A DNA stretch of 62,999 nt, filler included, from Octopus bimaculoides (GCF_001194135.2; 5 parts of 5 records of this genome joined end to end with filler, not necessarily neighbours in it), one strand, 5' to 3'; shown: positions 24,600 through 38,730, counted from the whole stretch's first letter. Notes: generated by a model from the letters alone, not told the origin. Program-made: numbers and translations.

Positions 24600-25164
24600 G
24601 TGCATACAAAAAAGAACATGCATGCATACACACATACTCACACCCACACTAAGTTAGTAGATTAAAATATTTATTCCTGGTAGAAGGTTCTCTAACTTCA
24701 TGGCAACCTACGTAGTTACATCGCACGGTGTGGAGACCTTTAGATCAATCTGGAGACCCCATATCAGAATAAAACCATTATTTACTGAAAGCTATTGAAC
24801 TTCCAATTTCATTGATATCTGCACTTATATATAAACAGATCTGTCTATCTATTTATCTATNNNNNNNNNNNNNNNNNNNNNNNNNNNNNNNNNNNNNNNN
24901 NNNNNNNNNNNNNNNNNNNNNNNNNNNNNNNNNNNNNNNNNNNNNNNNNNNNNNNNNNNNNNNNNNNNNNNNNNNNNNNNNNNNNNNNNNNNNNNNNNNN
25001 NNNNNNNNNNNNNNNNNNNNNNNNNNNNNNNNNNNNNNNNNNNNNNNNNNNNNNNNNNNNNNNNNNNNNNNNNNNNNNNNNNNNNNNNNNNNNNNNNNNN
25101 NNNNNNNNNNNNNNNNNNNNNNNNNGAGCCACAGAGAGAGAAAGAGAGGTAGATAGATAGCCAT

Positions 25165-25333
25165 TACACGTTCTTTTTGTCTCTCCTTGTTTCTTTCTGT
25201 GTACCTTTCTGTGGAAGAGCGTAGGCTCGAAACGTTAAAGATTTTTTCACTTCCCGAGCGTTATACTAATACATCTGTTTGTTGTCTACACCACCTGTCT
25301 TCGTCTTGTTTTTTTTTTTGTGAATTCTCTCTC

Positions 25334-25335
<2 letters not shown>
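25165..25335 (+). mobile_element. Family H element; HHR-like segment 25205-25240
   Basis: CTTT CTGTGGA A GAGC GTAG GCTC GAAA CGTT AAAG; the 3' end runs into (TAGA)n. Confidence 0.8.
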
Positions 25336-25397
<62 letters not shown>

Positions 25398-26485
25398 CAG
25401 GCATAAATATATTATACATACATATACTTATAAGCATGCATATCCATACACGGACAGTAAAATTATAATTTCATTTGTTGTTCCTATTTAGCCCCAACAT
25501 CTCTTCCAATCATTTAACAGTGATTAAACTATCCTGTACATGGTTTTCCTTAACAGCGTCATTTGAGTGAGATTTGGCTACTGTTCAACTAGATCTATCA
25601 GATAAACCTTCCCAAAATGACACCTCTCTATATCAAAAAAGTAAACCACTGTATTGGAAAATATGGTCTTAGATAAACTGCTTAAATAGAAGAAAAGACA
25701 GGATGGTCTCAGCTGGAACGCTTAGATCATAAGTTCGATATGACACCCATAGTCGATATTTCAAACAGTAATTTTATCACACTGTAGATTATATCTAAAA
25801 ATGCACACTTGTTAATCTGGGTTACAATGGGAAACAGACTTCACCAGAGATTACGAGCAAAAGTGGCAATGTATGTTTGTATTTAGACGTGTATATATAT
25901 ATATATATNNNNNNNNNNNNNNNNNNNNNNNNNNNNNNNNNNNNNNNNNNNNNNNNNNNNNNNNNNNNNNNNNNNNNNNNNNNNNNNNNNNNNNNNNNNN
26001 NNNNNNNNNNNNNNNNNNNNNNNNNNNNNNNNNNNNNNNNNNNNNNNNNNNNNNNNNNNNNNNNNNNNNNNNNNNNNNNNNNNNNNNNNNNNNNNNNNNN
26101 NNNNNNNNNNNNNNNNNNNNNNNNNNNNNNNNNNNNNNNNNNNNNNNNNNNNNNNNNNNNNNNNNNNNNNNNNNNNNNNNNNNNNNNNNNNNNNNNNNNN
26201 NNNNNNNNNNNNNNNNNNNNNNNNNNNNNNNNNNNNNNNNNNNNNNNNNNNNNNNNNNNNNNNNNNNNNNNNNNNNNNNNNNNNNNNNNNNNNNNNNNNN
26301 NNNNNNNNNNNNNNNNNNNNNNNNNNNNNNNNNNNNNNNNNNNNNNNNNNNNNNNNNNNNNNNNNNNNNNNNNNNNNNNNNNNNNNNNNNNNNNNNNNNN
26401 NNNNNNNNNNNNNNNNNNNNNNNNNNNNNNNNNNNNNNNNNNNNNNNNNNNNNNNNNNNNNNNNNNNNNNNNNNNNNNNNNNNNN

Positions 26486-26544
<59 letters not shown>

Positions 26545-27464
26545 TTATACATATTGAGATATGTGCAGTTGAGATGTTGATGCCTTTCTCAATGATATAG
26601 ATGACTTCAGTGAAATGATATACTTGCAAACAAACTGGAAGTGATGTGACAATGCGTAAAAAAAAAACAATCTAAATTCAATGGGAAAATGTGAAGGGCA
26701 AAAGCTCAATGACATAAGCGCTGGATTTGAAATTAATATACTTCATTCCAAAAAGATGTACAAAACGTAAGGTTTTTAATATGCTTGTGAAATGGTATAT
26801 TAGCATTTTGCCTAAGAACTTTCAGAAGTTACAGAGCTGGCCCATTAGTTTTTGCAGTACGGGGTGGTGCTACGCATCATACGACACGGCCTCCCATATA
26901 AAAATGGGCGGTGCTAATATAGCTAACATAATTTATAATAACGAAAACAAACAATAGGATATCAAATGACAAGGCATCTAAATGAAGGCGTGATCCAAAG
27001 TCAGATATGATTACTAAACTGGCATGTGATTTGGAAAATATAATGAGATATTGCGAAACCTAAGCAACTGTGCGGCTTTACAAAACTGTTCTGTGATGGT
27101 TAAACTATGATGAGGTTATTAAATTCTATATGCGGGGATGGGAAAACCCTCACCCACAGGCGAGATTCCGACTGCAGCTAAATTTGAAACCATTTCTAAC
27201 GAAGTTGCTAAAGGCTGATATAAAAATAAATCGGTTTCACCTTAAGGCCTATAAGACATGCTTAAGAAACATATCTATGAATTTGTAAAATTATTGATTC
27301 AGTATTTTTCTCAATACGCACTTTAATTAATCCCAAGTACTGAAGAGGCTATCCACCCCTCTTCTGTGATATTGTAAAATCGAAATATTATGTGGCTTAA
27401 CTAAATATCATATCTGAAACATGACGTCATTATCAAAGTTCAATATAGACAGAACTTGTTAGAG

Positions 27465-28125
27465 TTTGCAAAAGTATCTAAAATTACTGTTCTTTGCGTC
27501 TCTAGTTCAAATCTACCGAGCTCAACTTTGCCTTTTATACTTTTGTGGTCGATAAAACTAAGTACTAGACAAGTACTGTAGTCGATTTAATATGCTGATT
27601 TTGTGTCTATATGAAAACAAAACGTGATGCGTAAATATAAATCTATAAAATTAGATATTTATTGTTTTTTCTTTTAATACAGATGGAGACTCACTCATTG
27701 CTATATACTTGCTATTCATCCATTCAGTACTTGGACACAGCGTTAGTGTTGTAGCCTAGTGACACTGAGTGTTTGGGGTCTTACAACATACACTTTCATC
27801 ATCGTAAATATAAAAATATTTATGTGGTATTATGTGATATAAAGTACAATATAATGTGACTATTAAGTTGCCATGTGATATTCTGATATACACTAATGAG
27901 ATAAACTACAAGGGCGTTCTATTGGCAGAATCGTTAATGCAATGGACTAAATGCCATGTGGTATTTGTTCCTCCGACTTTTATATTCTGGGTTCAAATCT
28001 CGCTCAAGTCAACTTTACCACTCATCCTAACGGGCTCGATAAAATAAATTATCAGTCAAGTACTGAGTTCGATTTAATCGACTAACTCCTTCTGTACTAA
28101 ATTTGTGGTATAATGTCTATGTGAA
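27465..28125 (+). mobile_element. Two diverged SINE family A copies (about 27465-27610 and 27905-28125)
   Basis: GTTCAAATC..GAG.TCAACTTT.CC...GTCGATAAAA..AAGTACT motifs. Confidence 0.75.
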
Positions 28126-28693
28126 AAATTATCATTATTATTTCAACAATGTCAGCATTATTATATAAGATGTGATATGACGTGATACTTTAGCTATGAA
28201 TAAATTTATGATGTAATTGCGTGAGGTATTAAACTATAGATGTGTTTATGATGGTGATATCTAATCTATGATATATTTAATAAAATCTATATTGTGGTAT
28301 ATTTCATTTCTTGTGAGATTTTGTTAGATATTACTGTTATAAATTATCCCTAAGTTTATGTCCAAACTAGCCCTGATCGAATAAAGCTATGGTCATTATC
28401 CAATGTGATGTTTTTTAAAGATCTTAGTATGTACTTTGATGTAGATTTGGTTGCTATTTTCAGTGGGTCTCTGCGTTTCATAAGGGATGGATTCAGCCAG
28501 CACGTCGGTAAGAAATCCAGAAAACCAAAAGGAGTTCCGTGAATATCAAACGAATCCCCTCTTTAAAAACAAAACCTCACGACTCCCTTACGTTTAGAGA
28601 GGATTCCCACACGAAGGACCCAAAACATTTTCGCTCCAGCTTGAGAAAATTTTCTCTGGGGCTCAGGTCGTAAATCACAAAGTGATACATACA

Positions 28694-28724
<31 letters not shown>

Positions 28725-28727
<3 letters not shown>

Positions 28728-28890
28728 GTGAGAATTTACAAAAAGACAAAAGACGAAGACGGGTGTGTAAACAACAAACAGATGTATTAGTTTAACGCTC
28801 GGGAAGTGATATTTCTTTTCTTTCTTTCTTTCTTTCTTTCTTTTACTTGTTTCAGTCATTTTTTCTGTGGCCATGCTGGTGCATCGCCTG
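28725..28890 (-). mobile_element. Family H 3' part (about 28725-28810) abutting a SINE family B 3' end (about 28815-28890)
   Basis: Homology to the other copies; this family H copy lacks the HHR segment. Confidence 0.7.
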
Positions 28891-28999
28891 TNNNNNNNNN
28901 NNNNNNNNNNNNNNNNNNNNNNNNNNNNNNNNNNNTTAATTAATTAANNNNNNNNNNNNNNNNNNNNNNNNNNNNNNNNNNNNNNNNNNNNCAATATGC

Positions 29000-29290
29000 A
29001 ATCAACGAGAGAAACAAATGGAAAACAGGACAAGTAACACAAAGAACGACCCTTCATCAGTTGTCGGTTGTCTATCTACTCCTCATTCCGAGCATTGAAC
29101 GACAATATGAGTCTTCGAAGACAGTTGCTCCCATAAGTACCAAAATAAAGCTTGGGATTTATGGAGGGTCAGAGTTGGGAACAAAAAGATGAAAGTGATG
29201 ACATACAAGGAAACCGAACGAAAACAAACATGGAGGGTCGTTAGACCAGAACGAGAGTAAAATAGCGAACGCTGCAGAAATGTTTTCTTT
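29000..29290 (-). repeat. Interspersed repeat related to 9420-9780; contains CTGATGAAGGG (half of a hammerhead core)
   Basis: CCCTTCATCAG at 29050-29060 on the plus strand; no downstream GAAA. Confidence 0.55.
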
Positions 29291-29313
29291 TGACACACAC
29301 ACACACACACACA

Positions 29314-29374
<61 letters not shown>

Positions 29375-29718
29375 TTATCCCTATCTATGTGTACTTGTGC
29401 GTGTGTGTGTGTGTGTGTGTGCGTGTGTGTGTGCGTGTGTGCGTGTTTGTGTGTAGTTATATAAACAAATCTGTTAGAGGAACGACCAGGATATATTAAA
29501 CATTCCCTTATAAGGGAGATGCATATACATTGTATATATATATATATATATGAACGCGCATTCACACAAGAATATAATATATATTCACATGTGAAAGTGG
29601 TTTTATGGTACGGCTTGGACGTGATAGCTGAAACAAGTAAAAACTATTTTTACACATTTACACACACACGCGCGCATGGGCGTGTGTGTATTTGTGTGTG
29701 TGTGTGTGTGTGTGTGTA

Positions 29719-29758
<40 letters not shown>

Positions 29759-31394
29759 TGAGCGTGCAATTAGATGTATAACTATGCATGTTTGTAATTG
29801 AGTGTGTAGCTAATGTTATAGAAGCAAATCGAAATGTCACGATGCATTGTTTTCTCATGTATGAAATATATACAAAGGCATATATCATATTGCCATGTGT
29901 GTACACATTCACACACGCATACACTCATTCGCGCTAATGGATAGATAGATCGATCGATCGATAGATAGAAATTGACTGATAGACAGACAGGTAGACTGAC
30001 AGACATTCATACAGAAATACAGTTAGATAGATAGATAAACAGATAGGTAAACACAGAGAGACAGACTGACACACNNNNNNNNNNNNNNNNNNNNNNNNNN
30101 NNNNNNNNNNNNNNNNNNNNNNNNNNNNNNNNNNNNNNNNNNNNNNNNNNNNNNNNNNNNNNNNNNNNNNNNNNNNNNNNNNNNNNNNNNNNNNNNNNNN
30201 NNNNNNNNNNNNNNNNNNNNNNNNNNNNNNNNNNNNNNNNNNNNNNNNNNNNNNNNNNNNNNNNNNNNNNNNNNNNNNNNNNNNNNNNNNNNNNNNNNNN
30301 NNNNNNNNNNNNNNNNNNNNNNNNNNNNNNNNNNNNNNNNNNNNNNNNNNNNNNNNNNNNNNNNNNNNNNNNNNNNNNNNNNNNNNNNNNNNNNNNNNNN
30401 NNNNNNNNNNNNNNNNNNNNNNNNNNNNNNNNNNNNNNNNNNNNNNNNNNNNNNNNNNNNNNNNNNNNNNNNNNNNNNNNNNNNNNNNNNNNNNNNNNNN
30501 NNNNNNNNNNNNNNNNNNNNNNNNNNNNNNNNNNNNNNNNNNNNNNNNNNNNNNNNNNNNNNNNNNNNNNNNNNNNNNNNNNNNNNNNNNNNNNNNNNNN
30601 NNNNNNNNNNNNNNNNNNNNNNNNNNNNNNNNNNNNNNNNNNNNNNNNNNNNNNNNNNNNNNNNNNNNNNNNNNNNNNNNNNNNNTAGGTAGATGAATAG
30701 ATAGATAGATAGATAGATAAGCAGACATAGAGGTAGATAGACAGAGAGTAAGGTAGATAGATAAATATATAAAGTCATAGATAGATATATAGATATGTTT
30801 CTTTATTAGCTTCACAGGGCTCAACACAGAGGGGACAAGGTACAAAGTAGAGCTTTTCTTTTTGGGAAGGATATATAGACAGAAAGGTAGGTAGATAGAT
30901 AGACAGATAAATAGATCGATAGATAGATTGATAGATAGGTAGATAGATAGACAGACTGATAGACAGACAGACAGATAGTTAGATAGATAGATAAATAGAC
31001 AGATAGATAGAGTGATATGTAAATAGGCATCTTGTAGAAATCTACATATATTGATTCATCCAACGGCAAAGAAGTTTACAAACTTATAAATATTCATCCA
31101 GTATTTCAGCTGTTTGCTAGATATTGGCCTTCTATGCCCGATGAAAATTATACGAGCGTACCATGATTTTTATGCATATTTATAATACCTTTTTTTTTTC
31201 ATGGCAATGCTGTTGCTAACATAAATATTCATGTGTACATGTGTTCTCCCTCACGTTCTCTGGCGTTCCAGTCGAGTGATGGGGGTCAAGGCTGGAGTTG
31301 TGTAATCTTATTCACTCATGTGCCAATCTACGGCCTTATAAGTCCCGGGGACCTGAAAAATGTCAAAAGAGGTGTTTCGGCCACGAAATCCTGG

Positions 31395-31570
31395 GTGGCT
31401 ATATTTTACTGGCTGTGGGGTAAGAAGCTTGCTTCCCAACCACATGGTTCCGGGTTCAGTCCCACTGCTTGGCACCTTGGGTAAGTGTCTTCTACTATAT
31501 CCTCGGGAACGACCAAAGCCTTGCTAGTGGATTTAGTTGACGGAAACTGAAAGAAGCCCGTCGTATATAC
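31395..31570 (+). mobile_element. SINE family B, 5' half
   Basis: TGGCTGTGGGGTAAGAAGCTTGCTTCCCAACCACATGGTTCCGGGTTCAGTCCCACTG..GGCACCTTGGG. Confidence 0.88.
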
Positions 31571-31675
31571 ACACACTTACTGAACTAACAGTACGGAGTG
31601 GAAGACGCCCAGCTTCGGTAGCAGTGTTACAAGAGCCTGTAGAGTATACGGGAGTCGGTAAGAACAGTTCTTGAC

Positions 31676-31801
31676 CAGTGATGGGCAAAATTGCGGCCCG
31701 TGGGAGTTTCTAAATGGCACATTAAAAAAACATTTTCGTGTTCTCTGACAATGAGCCATAATTCATGCGGCCCGCTTCTCGAAAGAGGTAGCCCATGACA
31801 G
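31676..31801. mobile_element. Short hAT-type MITE
   Basis: CAGTGATGGGCAAA..GCGGCCCG ... GCGGCCCG..GGTAGCCCATGACAG termini with internal GCGGCCCG motifs. Confidence 0.6.
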
Positions 31802-32159
31802 TTTTAGATTAAAGTAGTCGATGGTTAACAAGTGCCATACCATTGAATGTGTATAGTATCCATAAGAGGTGCACGACATGCTTGAAATAGCAGTCAAATC
31901 TTCAATTTACTCATTATGCTCTTTACAAGAATATGACATGCTGCATAATGTGGTCCTATGTTCAATACAGTTGAAATAAAGTCGAGAGGGTCAACAAAGT
32001 TGGAAACGACAGGAAAAGTTTGGTCATAGATCTTCTCGATCAGAGCTGACCTGGGGTTAAAGAAACACAATAGCAACCGGTTTAAATAGAGCTAAATATT
32101 TTCTACGTTTTGCAAAAACAAAAGCCTCTCCCTATGCGCCCCTCCCCACCAAAATCTCA

Positions 32160-32415
32160 GGTGCAGGCGTGGCTGTGTGGTAAGAAGATTGCTTCTAACC
32201 ACATGGCTCCGGGTTCAGTTCCACTGTGTGGAACTTTGGGCAAGTCTCTTCGACTATAGCCTTGTGAGTGGATTTGGTAGATGGAAACCCGTCGTAGAGA
32301 CCAATAGAATAAGTACTAGGCTTAAAAGAAAAGTAAGTCTAAAGCCCTTCAAGGCAGTACCCCAGCATGGCCGCAGTGAAAACGAAAAAAAACAAGAAAA
32401 AGATAGAAAGATAAA
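32160..32415 (+). mobile_element. SINE family B with an internal deletion
   Basis: The head GGTGCAGGCGTGGCTGTGTGGTAAGAAG is joined to the tail CCAGCATGGCCGCAG. Confidence 0.85.
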
Positions 32416-32445
32416 AGAAGTGCAACAAGTACAAAATTTGATATA

Positions 32446-32521
32446 CAGAGTGTCCACAAAATATCTTTACAATTTAAATATAAACGTGTGAAAATTGTAA
32501 AACTAATTTATGGACACCCTC
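32446..32521. mobile_element. 76-bp Tc1/mariner-type mini-MITE
   Basis: TA-CAGAGTGTCCACAAA ... TTTATGGACACCCTC-TA. Confidence 0.6.
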
Positions 32522-34012
32522 TATCTTTGTATGTATGTATGTATGTATGTATGTATGCATGCATGTATACTATATGTATGTATATATATATGTTACACAT
32601 AAACTTATTCTGTGAAGCATTACAGCGAATATGGCAAAAAAGAAAAAAAAAGTATTAAAAGGAGAAACAAAAAATAGAGTTATCTCCATTTCATTTGAAA
32701 TCAAGCAGCAAATATGCCTACCAAGAGATCGTATTTACATCCTATTTACATCGTTTTCAAGTATTTTTTTCTCTTTTTTTTTCTAGAAAACGTTTACGAT
32801 TTAAAATGTCACAGGTTTACAGATAGTTATGTCAAATCAAGATTGCTGAATGCTGTACACTAGAATTTCTGCAATCTTGCTGTCACGCAATATTAAATCA
32901 AAGTCTACACACATGCGCATTAATAGAAAACACTCACAAATAGACAAATAGATACAGGCACACACCCCAACAAGCATATACATATATATATATATACACA
33001 CACACGCACACACATTCTTACATATAGACGTATGTATAAATACATTCATATGTATTTTCGTACATATGTATGTCTGTACGTATATACGTATGTATGTATG
33101 TATGTATGTATGTATGTATGTATGAATGTATGTGTGTAAGGGTGTATATGTAGACGTGCATGAAATAATGTAATCGATATGCAAATGTATATAGTATTCT
33201 TTATTTTTTATATATATATTTTTNNNNNNNNNNNNNNNNNNNNNNNNNNNNNNNNNNNNNNNNNNNNNNNNNNNNNNNNNNNNNNNNNNNNNNNNNNNNN
33301 NNNNNNNNNNNNNNNNNNNNNNNNNNNNNNNNNNNNNNNNNNNNNNNNNNNNNNNNNNNNNNNNNNNACACATAGACCCACACATATATTTATACATATA
33401 TACAAGCACATGCACACACACACACACACATACATACAGATATAATATATATATATATATACACATTTATATTATATTTATATCCGTATAGACAAATACA
33501 CGTAGACACTCACATATTGAGAGAGAGAGAGAGATAGCGAGAGAGAGAGAGAGATAGCGAGAGAGAGAGATAGCGAGAGAGAGAGAGAGAGAGGGAGAGA
33601 GATAGAGAAAGAGGGAGAGATAGACAGATAGATATATATCGATCAATAAGCATATAATCTTCCGTATCCAGTTTTAACGTTAAGCTCCTTCAAAATCACC
33701 ATGAATAACAGGTAGAATGGATTTCATTTTTTCTTCTTCCTATCTGTCACTTTTTGTCTTCTTTTAGCACTGTTTAGAAATGAAAGTTAACATTTCATCG
33801 TTTTTGACATGAGATTTATTTATTATTTTTACGCGTATTTTCGCCTTGAGGGCAATTAGTGGAATCTATAAATGTTTCTAATTTTCTTTTCTTTCTTTGA
33901 GAATTCCATGACATTCCGTGCAGCCTGTATTCTAAAAAAGCAGCTACCATCTTGTGTAGGGTGCCTATGTTAATATGTTTAACCTTTTTTTTAATAACTC
34001 ACATAATTACCA

Positions 34013-34660
34013 TTATATACTAAACTTTCCCCTGTTCGACAGCTCTAGGACCAGAGAGTTGCCGGATGACTGAACTTTCCGGATATTTGATCACCACTTT
34101 TTCAATTACTTCCAAAACTCATCAAGACCCTCTCTATATGTCACTGGAATCGGAAGAATGCCGGATACCTGAATTTTCTAGGTATCTGATCGTTACCTTA
34201 GGAATCTTATCACTGCTCTCTATATACATCATTGAAACCGAAAGGTTGCCGGATTACTGAATTTCCCGGATTTCTGATCATTGCATTTTAAATTACCGCA
34301 ACACGTTAGAATCATTAAACTTTTCTAAATACATCACTGGGACTAAAGCGTTGCCGGTTAAAACAATTTTCCGGATATCAGGTCATCACTTTTTAATTTA
34401 CCGCAACATCCTAGAAAACTCATCAAAACTCTATATACATCAGTGGAATCGGAAAGTTGCCGGATAACTGAATTATCCGGAAACCTGATCACTACTTTTT
34501 AAATTACTATACCACTTTACAAAGCTTATTAAAAGATTTTCTATAGGGACGATAGAGTTGCCGGTTAACTGAATCTTCCGGAAACCTGATTTCCACCATT
34601 TAAATTACTTTTCCACCATTTAAATTACTTTTCCACTTTACAAAGTTTATGAAATCTCTA
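34013..34660. repeat. Six ~100-bp diverged tandem units, each with CCGGATAACTGAATT.TCCGG; probable pogo/Tigger-like subterminal array
   Basis: Unit motifs at 34058, 34157, 34245, 34350, 34456 and 34557. The family assignment is inference. Confidence 0.7.
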
Positions 34661-34689
34661 TATGTCTTATATCCTTTATCTTCTATCTT

Positions 34690-34799
34690 TTATTTGTTTC
34701 AGCCATTAGACTGCGGCCATGCTGGGGCACCACTTTGAAGAACTTTTAGTCGAATGAATCAATCCCAGTACTTTGTTTTCTCTAAAGTCTCTCGGTTCC

Positions 34800-34862
<63 letters not shown>
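34690..34862 (-). mobile_element. SINE family B 3' end followed by a (TAT)n microsatellite
   Basis: CTGCGGCCATGCTGGGGCACC, then (TAT)n at 34799-34862. Confidence 0.8.
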
Positions 34863-34865
<3 letters not shown>

Positions 34866-36121
34866 TTCTTTTCTTTTCATTAGATTTCTATTGCTGTTGT
34901 CGGTGATGTCACTAGTCCTATTGTTGTTGATTATCAAGATACAANNNNNNNNNNNNNNNNNNNNNNNNNNNNNNNNNNNNNNNNNNNNNNNNNNNNNNNN
35001 NNNNNNNNNNNNNNNNNNNNNNNNNNNNNNNNNNNNNNNNNNNNNNNNNNNNNNNNNNNNNNNNNNNNNNNNNNNNNNNNNNNNNNNNNNNNNNNNNNNN
35101 NNNNNNNNNNNNNNNNNNNNNNNNNNNNNNNNNNNNNNNNNNNNNNNNNNNNNNNNNNNNNNNNNNNNNNNNNNNNNNNNNNNNNNNNNNNNNNNNNNNN
35201 NNNNNNNNNNNNNNNNNNNNNNNNNNNNNNNNNNNNNNNNNNNNNNNNNNNNNNNNNNNNNNNNNNNNNNNNNNNNNNNNNNNNNNNNNNNNNNNNNNNN
35301 NNNNNNNNNNNNNNNNNNNNNNNNNNNNNNNNNNNNNNNNNNNNNNNNNNNNNNNNNNNNNNNNNNNNNNNNNNNNNNNNNNNNNNNNNNNNNNNNNNNN
35401 NNNNNNNNNNNNNNNNNNNNNNNNNNNNNNNNNNNNNNNNNNNNNNNNNNNNNNNNNNNNNNNNNNNNNNNNNNNNNNNNNNNNNNNNNNNNNNNNNNNN
35501 NNNNNNNNNNNNNNNNNNNNNNNNNNNNNNNNNNNNNNNNNNNATTGTTATTTTTCTCTTCTCTCCGCATTCGGTGATCTCTGAACTCAACATGAAAAGA
35601 ATGTTCTGCACTGTTCTGTTTTAAGTCCTCAATAGGTTTGACTTCTCAAATGATTTCATTAAAATTTTTCCTTTCCCTTTAGAAGGCTCAGCCAAACTTA
35701 CAAAAGGTTTGTTAGTTGTTCATTCAAGAGACAAAATCCTTTCAAATATTCTTTTTAATTAATATAAAAGAAGAGATTTGAAATGTTAAATGTTTCCTTT
35801 AAGTTTTAGTTGCTTTTTGTTTTCGTATTTTTAATACGTCAAACCGGACAATTTCCAAAGGTTTTGTTTTTATGACACTGTCTCCATTAATCTTTATACA
35901 GCTTGATTTATCTTATTCATCCATCTTTATCCTTTTCAACTTTGTTTCTGCAGACCATCACACACTGCATCAAGGGGTTCATGTCTTTTTTTTTATGCTG
36001 TTAAATCCAATTTATAATTTAAAAAAAATTATTAATAAAAAATTATTCTTGTGAATTGTCAAAACAGGTTATACCGTACAACAACTAACTATTGATAGGA
36101 GTAACAATACAGCAATCGCTA

Positions 36122-36290
36122 CAAGGCAGGGAGCTGGTAGAATCCTTAGCACATGAGACAAAATGCTTAGCGGCATTTCGCCCGTCTACCTTCTGAGTTC
36201 AAATCCCGTCGTGGTTGACTTTTTTTTCATTCTTTCGGGATCGATAAATTAAGTAGCAGTTACGCATTGGGGGTCAATATAACTGCTGGA
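36122..36290 (+). mobile_element. SINE family A
   Basis: GGGAGCTGGTAGAATCCTTAGCAC...GAGTTCAAATCCC...GATAAATTAAGTA. Confidence 0.85.
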
Positions 36291-36930
36291 TATTGGAGGT
36301 AAAATACTGTTGTTTTTCCTAGATCTGAAAAATTTACTGCAAGCAATTTCTTAGCACCAGAGCCATATGAAGTACAAAGTGCTGGGTGACTTACAGATTC
36401 TTTCACACCACATTGCCTAGGCTTATACGAAGCGTCCTAAAATAATCTATTATGATAGCCCCAGGTCGACCAATGCGTTGTGAGTGAAGTCGGTAGACAA
36501 AAACTATGTGGAAGTTCATTGTATACCCCTTATTCGTCTCCTAACAACAGAAACAACCATACCTACGTGTATTTAAGACCACTGTCATTCAAAAACTATC
36601 TGGAATTACAAGAAAGCGATCCACTCTTAGGAAATTCTACTCAGAAATAGATTTTCATCCAAAAAGCCATTACCCAAAAATTGAAAACTACAAACCTTAG
36701 AAAATGGATTAACTAAGATGGTTTGATCAGAACAGCAGTACCAACGACGAGTTGTGTGCCAAAATAGCAACGCCTTGAGGGAGCGCAGAATGATCCGAGC
36801 TCTATTCGCTGTACAGATAGTTACGTGTATAAATACAATGATNNNNNNNNNNNNNNNNNNNNNNNNNNNNNNNNNNNNNNNNNNNNNNNNNNNNNNNNNN
36901 NNNNNNNNNNNNNNNNNNNNNNNNNNNNNN

Positions 36931-36972
<42 letters not shown>

Positions 36973-37559
36973 ATTACATTCCCTTTCTTTAAAACGTTTT
37001 GTTTGTCAAGAAACTTTTACCTTTCCTCATTTCTGACTGTGTAGAATTCATTGTGAAATAATTCATTGTCTTGTGTCGCGTGCGAAAAGCATCGATTTCC
37101 TCATTAATGACTTAATGTGTTGCACACTAATTAAGATTCGACGTCAACGTTCTCTATAGAAAACGAATCCTAACACCGTTCCTTCGCTAAATATATTCAC
37201 AACTACGACAGAATGTATACATTTATACATCATTAAGTATTTCCTCCTCCAACAGGCTTTTAATGAAGCCATTACCTTTAGTCACGCACACAAAGGTACA
37301 CGGACACACAGACACACATACATACATTATCATACACTTTACATTTAATATGTTAGTCTCTTTGTATTTGCTTGTCTTATTTTACTTGTTTTATAATAAT
37401 GACCGATTTTTTTAAGTTCAAAGGGAAGAAAATTTGTCTCGCTAACTTTAACGAGTGTCCGATGATTATAAAATAAACAACGTTTAGTTAGTTCTTTATA
37501 TTTACGACTCTTGGTCATTTCATAACCGAGAGACATATTTCGCTTTGCTCCGTAAGTTT

Positions 37560-37960
37560 CTAAAAACAATCGTTGGAGTTGGCTGGTCTCGAACCTCCAC
37601 TTCTGAGGCATCTCCCGATTCGCTTGTCAACCTTGTTACGTCCAGCTCCACTTCTCTCCACTAACCACCATACCCCCAACCGTCTTTCTCTGAACATCAT
37701 CCCTTTAAGATTACTCCCTTTTGCACGTTGGAGTTGTGCTACTGCTAAGCACACAGACTTCTTAGACCACATCCCGAGAAAGGCCATTCAAAAGATTGGC
37801 ATTCCTTCATTAATGAACTCCAACCTCTAGCCTATCGGCGTACTGCCTTCTATCTCTGTGTTTTCTGTTGCTATTATAATGGCTCCCGCTCCTCGGAATC
37901 GGCAAGTCTCCTACCTCTGCTACTCAATCATCTCTGGGCACTACCAAATGATCCATGGCT
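37560..37960 (+). mobile_element. CR1/L2-like LINE, C-terminal ORF2 relic
   Basis: Translation RLLPFARWSCATAKHTDFLDHIPRKAIQKIGIPSLMNSNL*P resembles ...HIW.GA..HL..LDRIQRKAIRLIG..L...LQPL. The clade is uncertain. Confidence 0.55.
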
Positions 37961-38441
37961 CGGTATTAGTCTCGGACTAGTGGCTGTGACCCCTGGTGTA
38001 GGTGATGATCGTGCCACAACTAGTGGCAGTTCGCCCTAAAAGGGGACGATCGAAATACCATCAATACCGTTTAGGAAATAGTGACATGCGAGGCTCAGAT
38101 ACATTTGGATCGATTGAAAGCTTCGGTGAAATTCGACTATTGTTTCTTAGTGGCTGTCATCTAAGCAGTCAGTTACCGTTTTTCCCCTCCAAGGATTTGA
38201 TCACCTCAAAGTACTGGTCAGAGTAAAAGGTCATCTATCGGAGCCGTTTAGACTGTTACACTCGATGCATAGAAGAGATGTCGCCTCTCACTCTTTCTAT
38301 AAGTACGTACTATCGAACTTATTACTGCAGAAAATGGCGATATTAAGTGATATCCATTATTTCTCAACATCTAAAAGTTTCAAGCAACTTTCTATTGCAT
38401 CATTTGTTGCACTTTTGTGTTGGTGGGGTGGTGTGTGGTAC

Positions 38442-38515
<74 letters not shown>

Positions 38516-38524
38516 CAAACTTCA

Positions 38525-38730
38525 AACTGGCAGAATCGCTAACGCGGTCAAACTAAATGCTTAGCGGCATTTCGTTCGTCTTCATGTTCTGTGTTCCAAT
38601 ACCGCCGAGGTCGACTTTGCCCTTCATCCTATAAAGGCTGATAAAATAGTACAACAGTCGAGCACTGGAGCCGATATAATTGGCTTAACTCCTCGCCCCA
38701 AAATGTTAGGCCTTGTGCCTATAGTAGAAT
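38525..38730 (+). mobile_element. SINE family A, downstream of (TTA)n at 38443-38512
   Basis: CTGGCAGAATCGCTAAC...CCGCCGAGGTCGACTTTGCC. Confidence 0.85.

Noticed and set aside
34013-34660. CRISPR-like repeat/spacer appearance
   Set aside because: The context is eukaryotic, the spacers are homologous to each other, and no cas genes are present. Kept only as a TE subterminal array.
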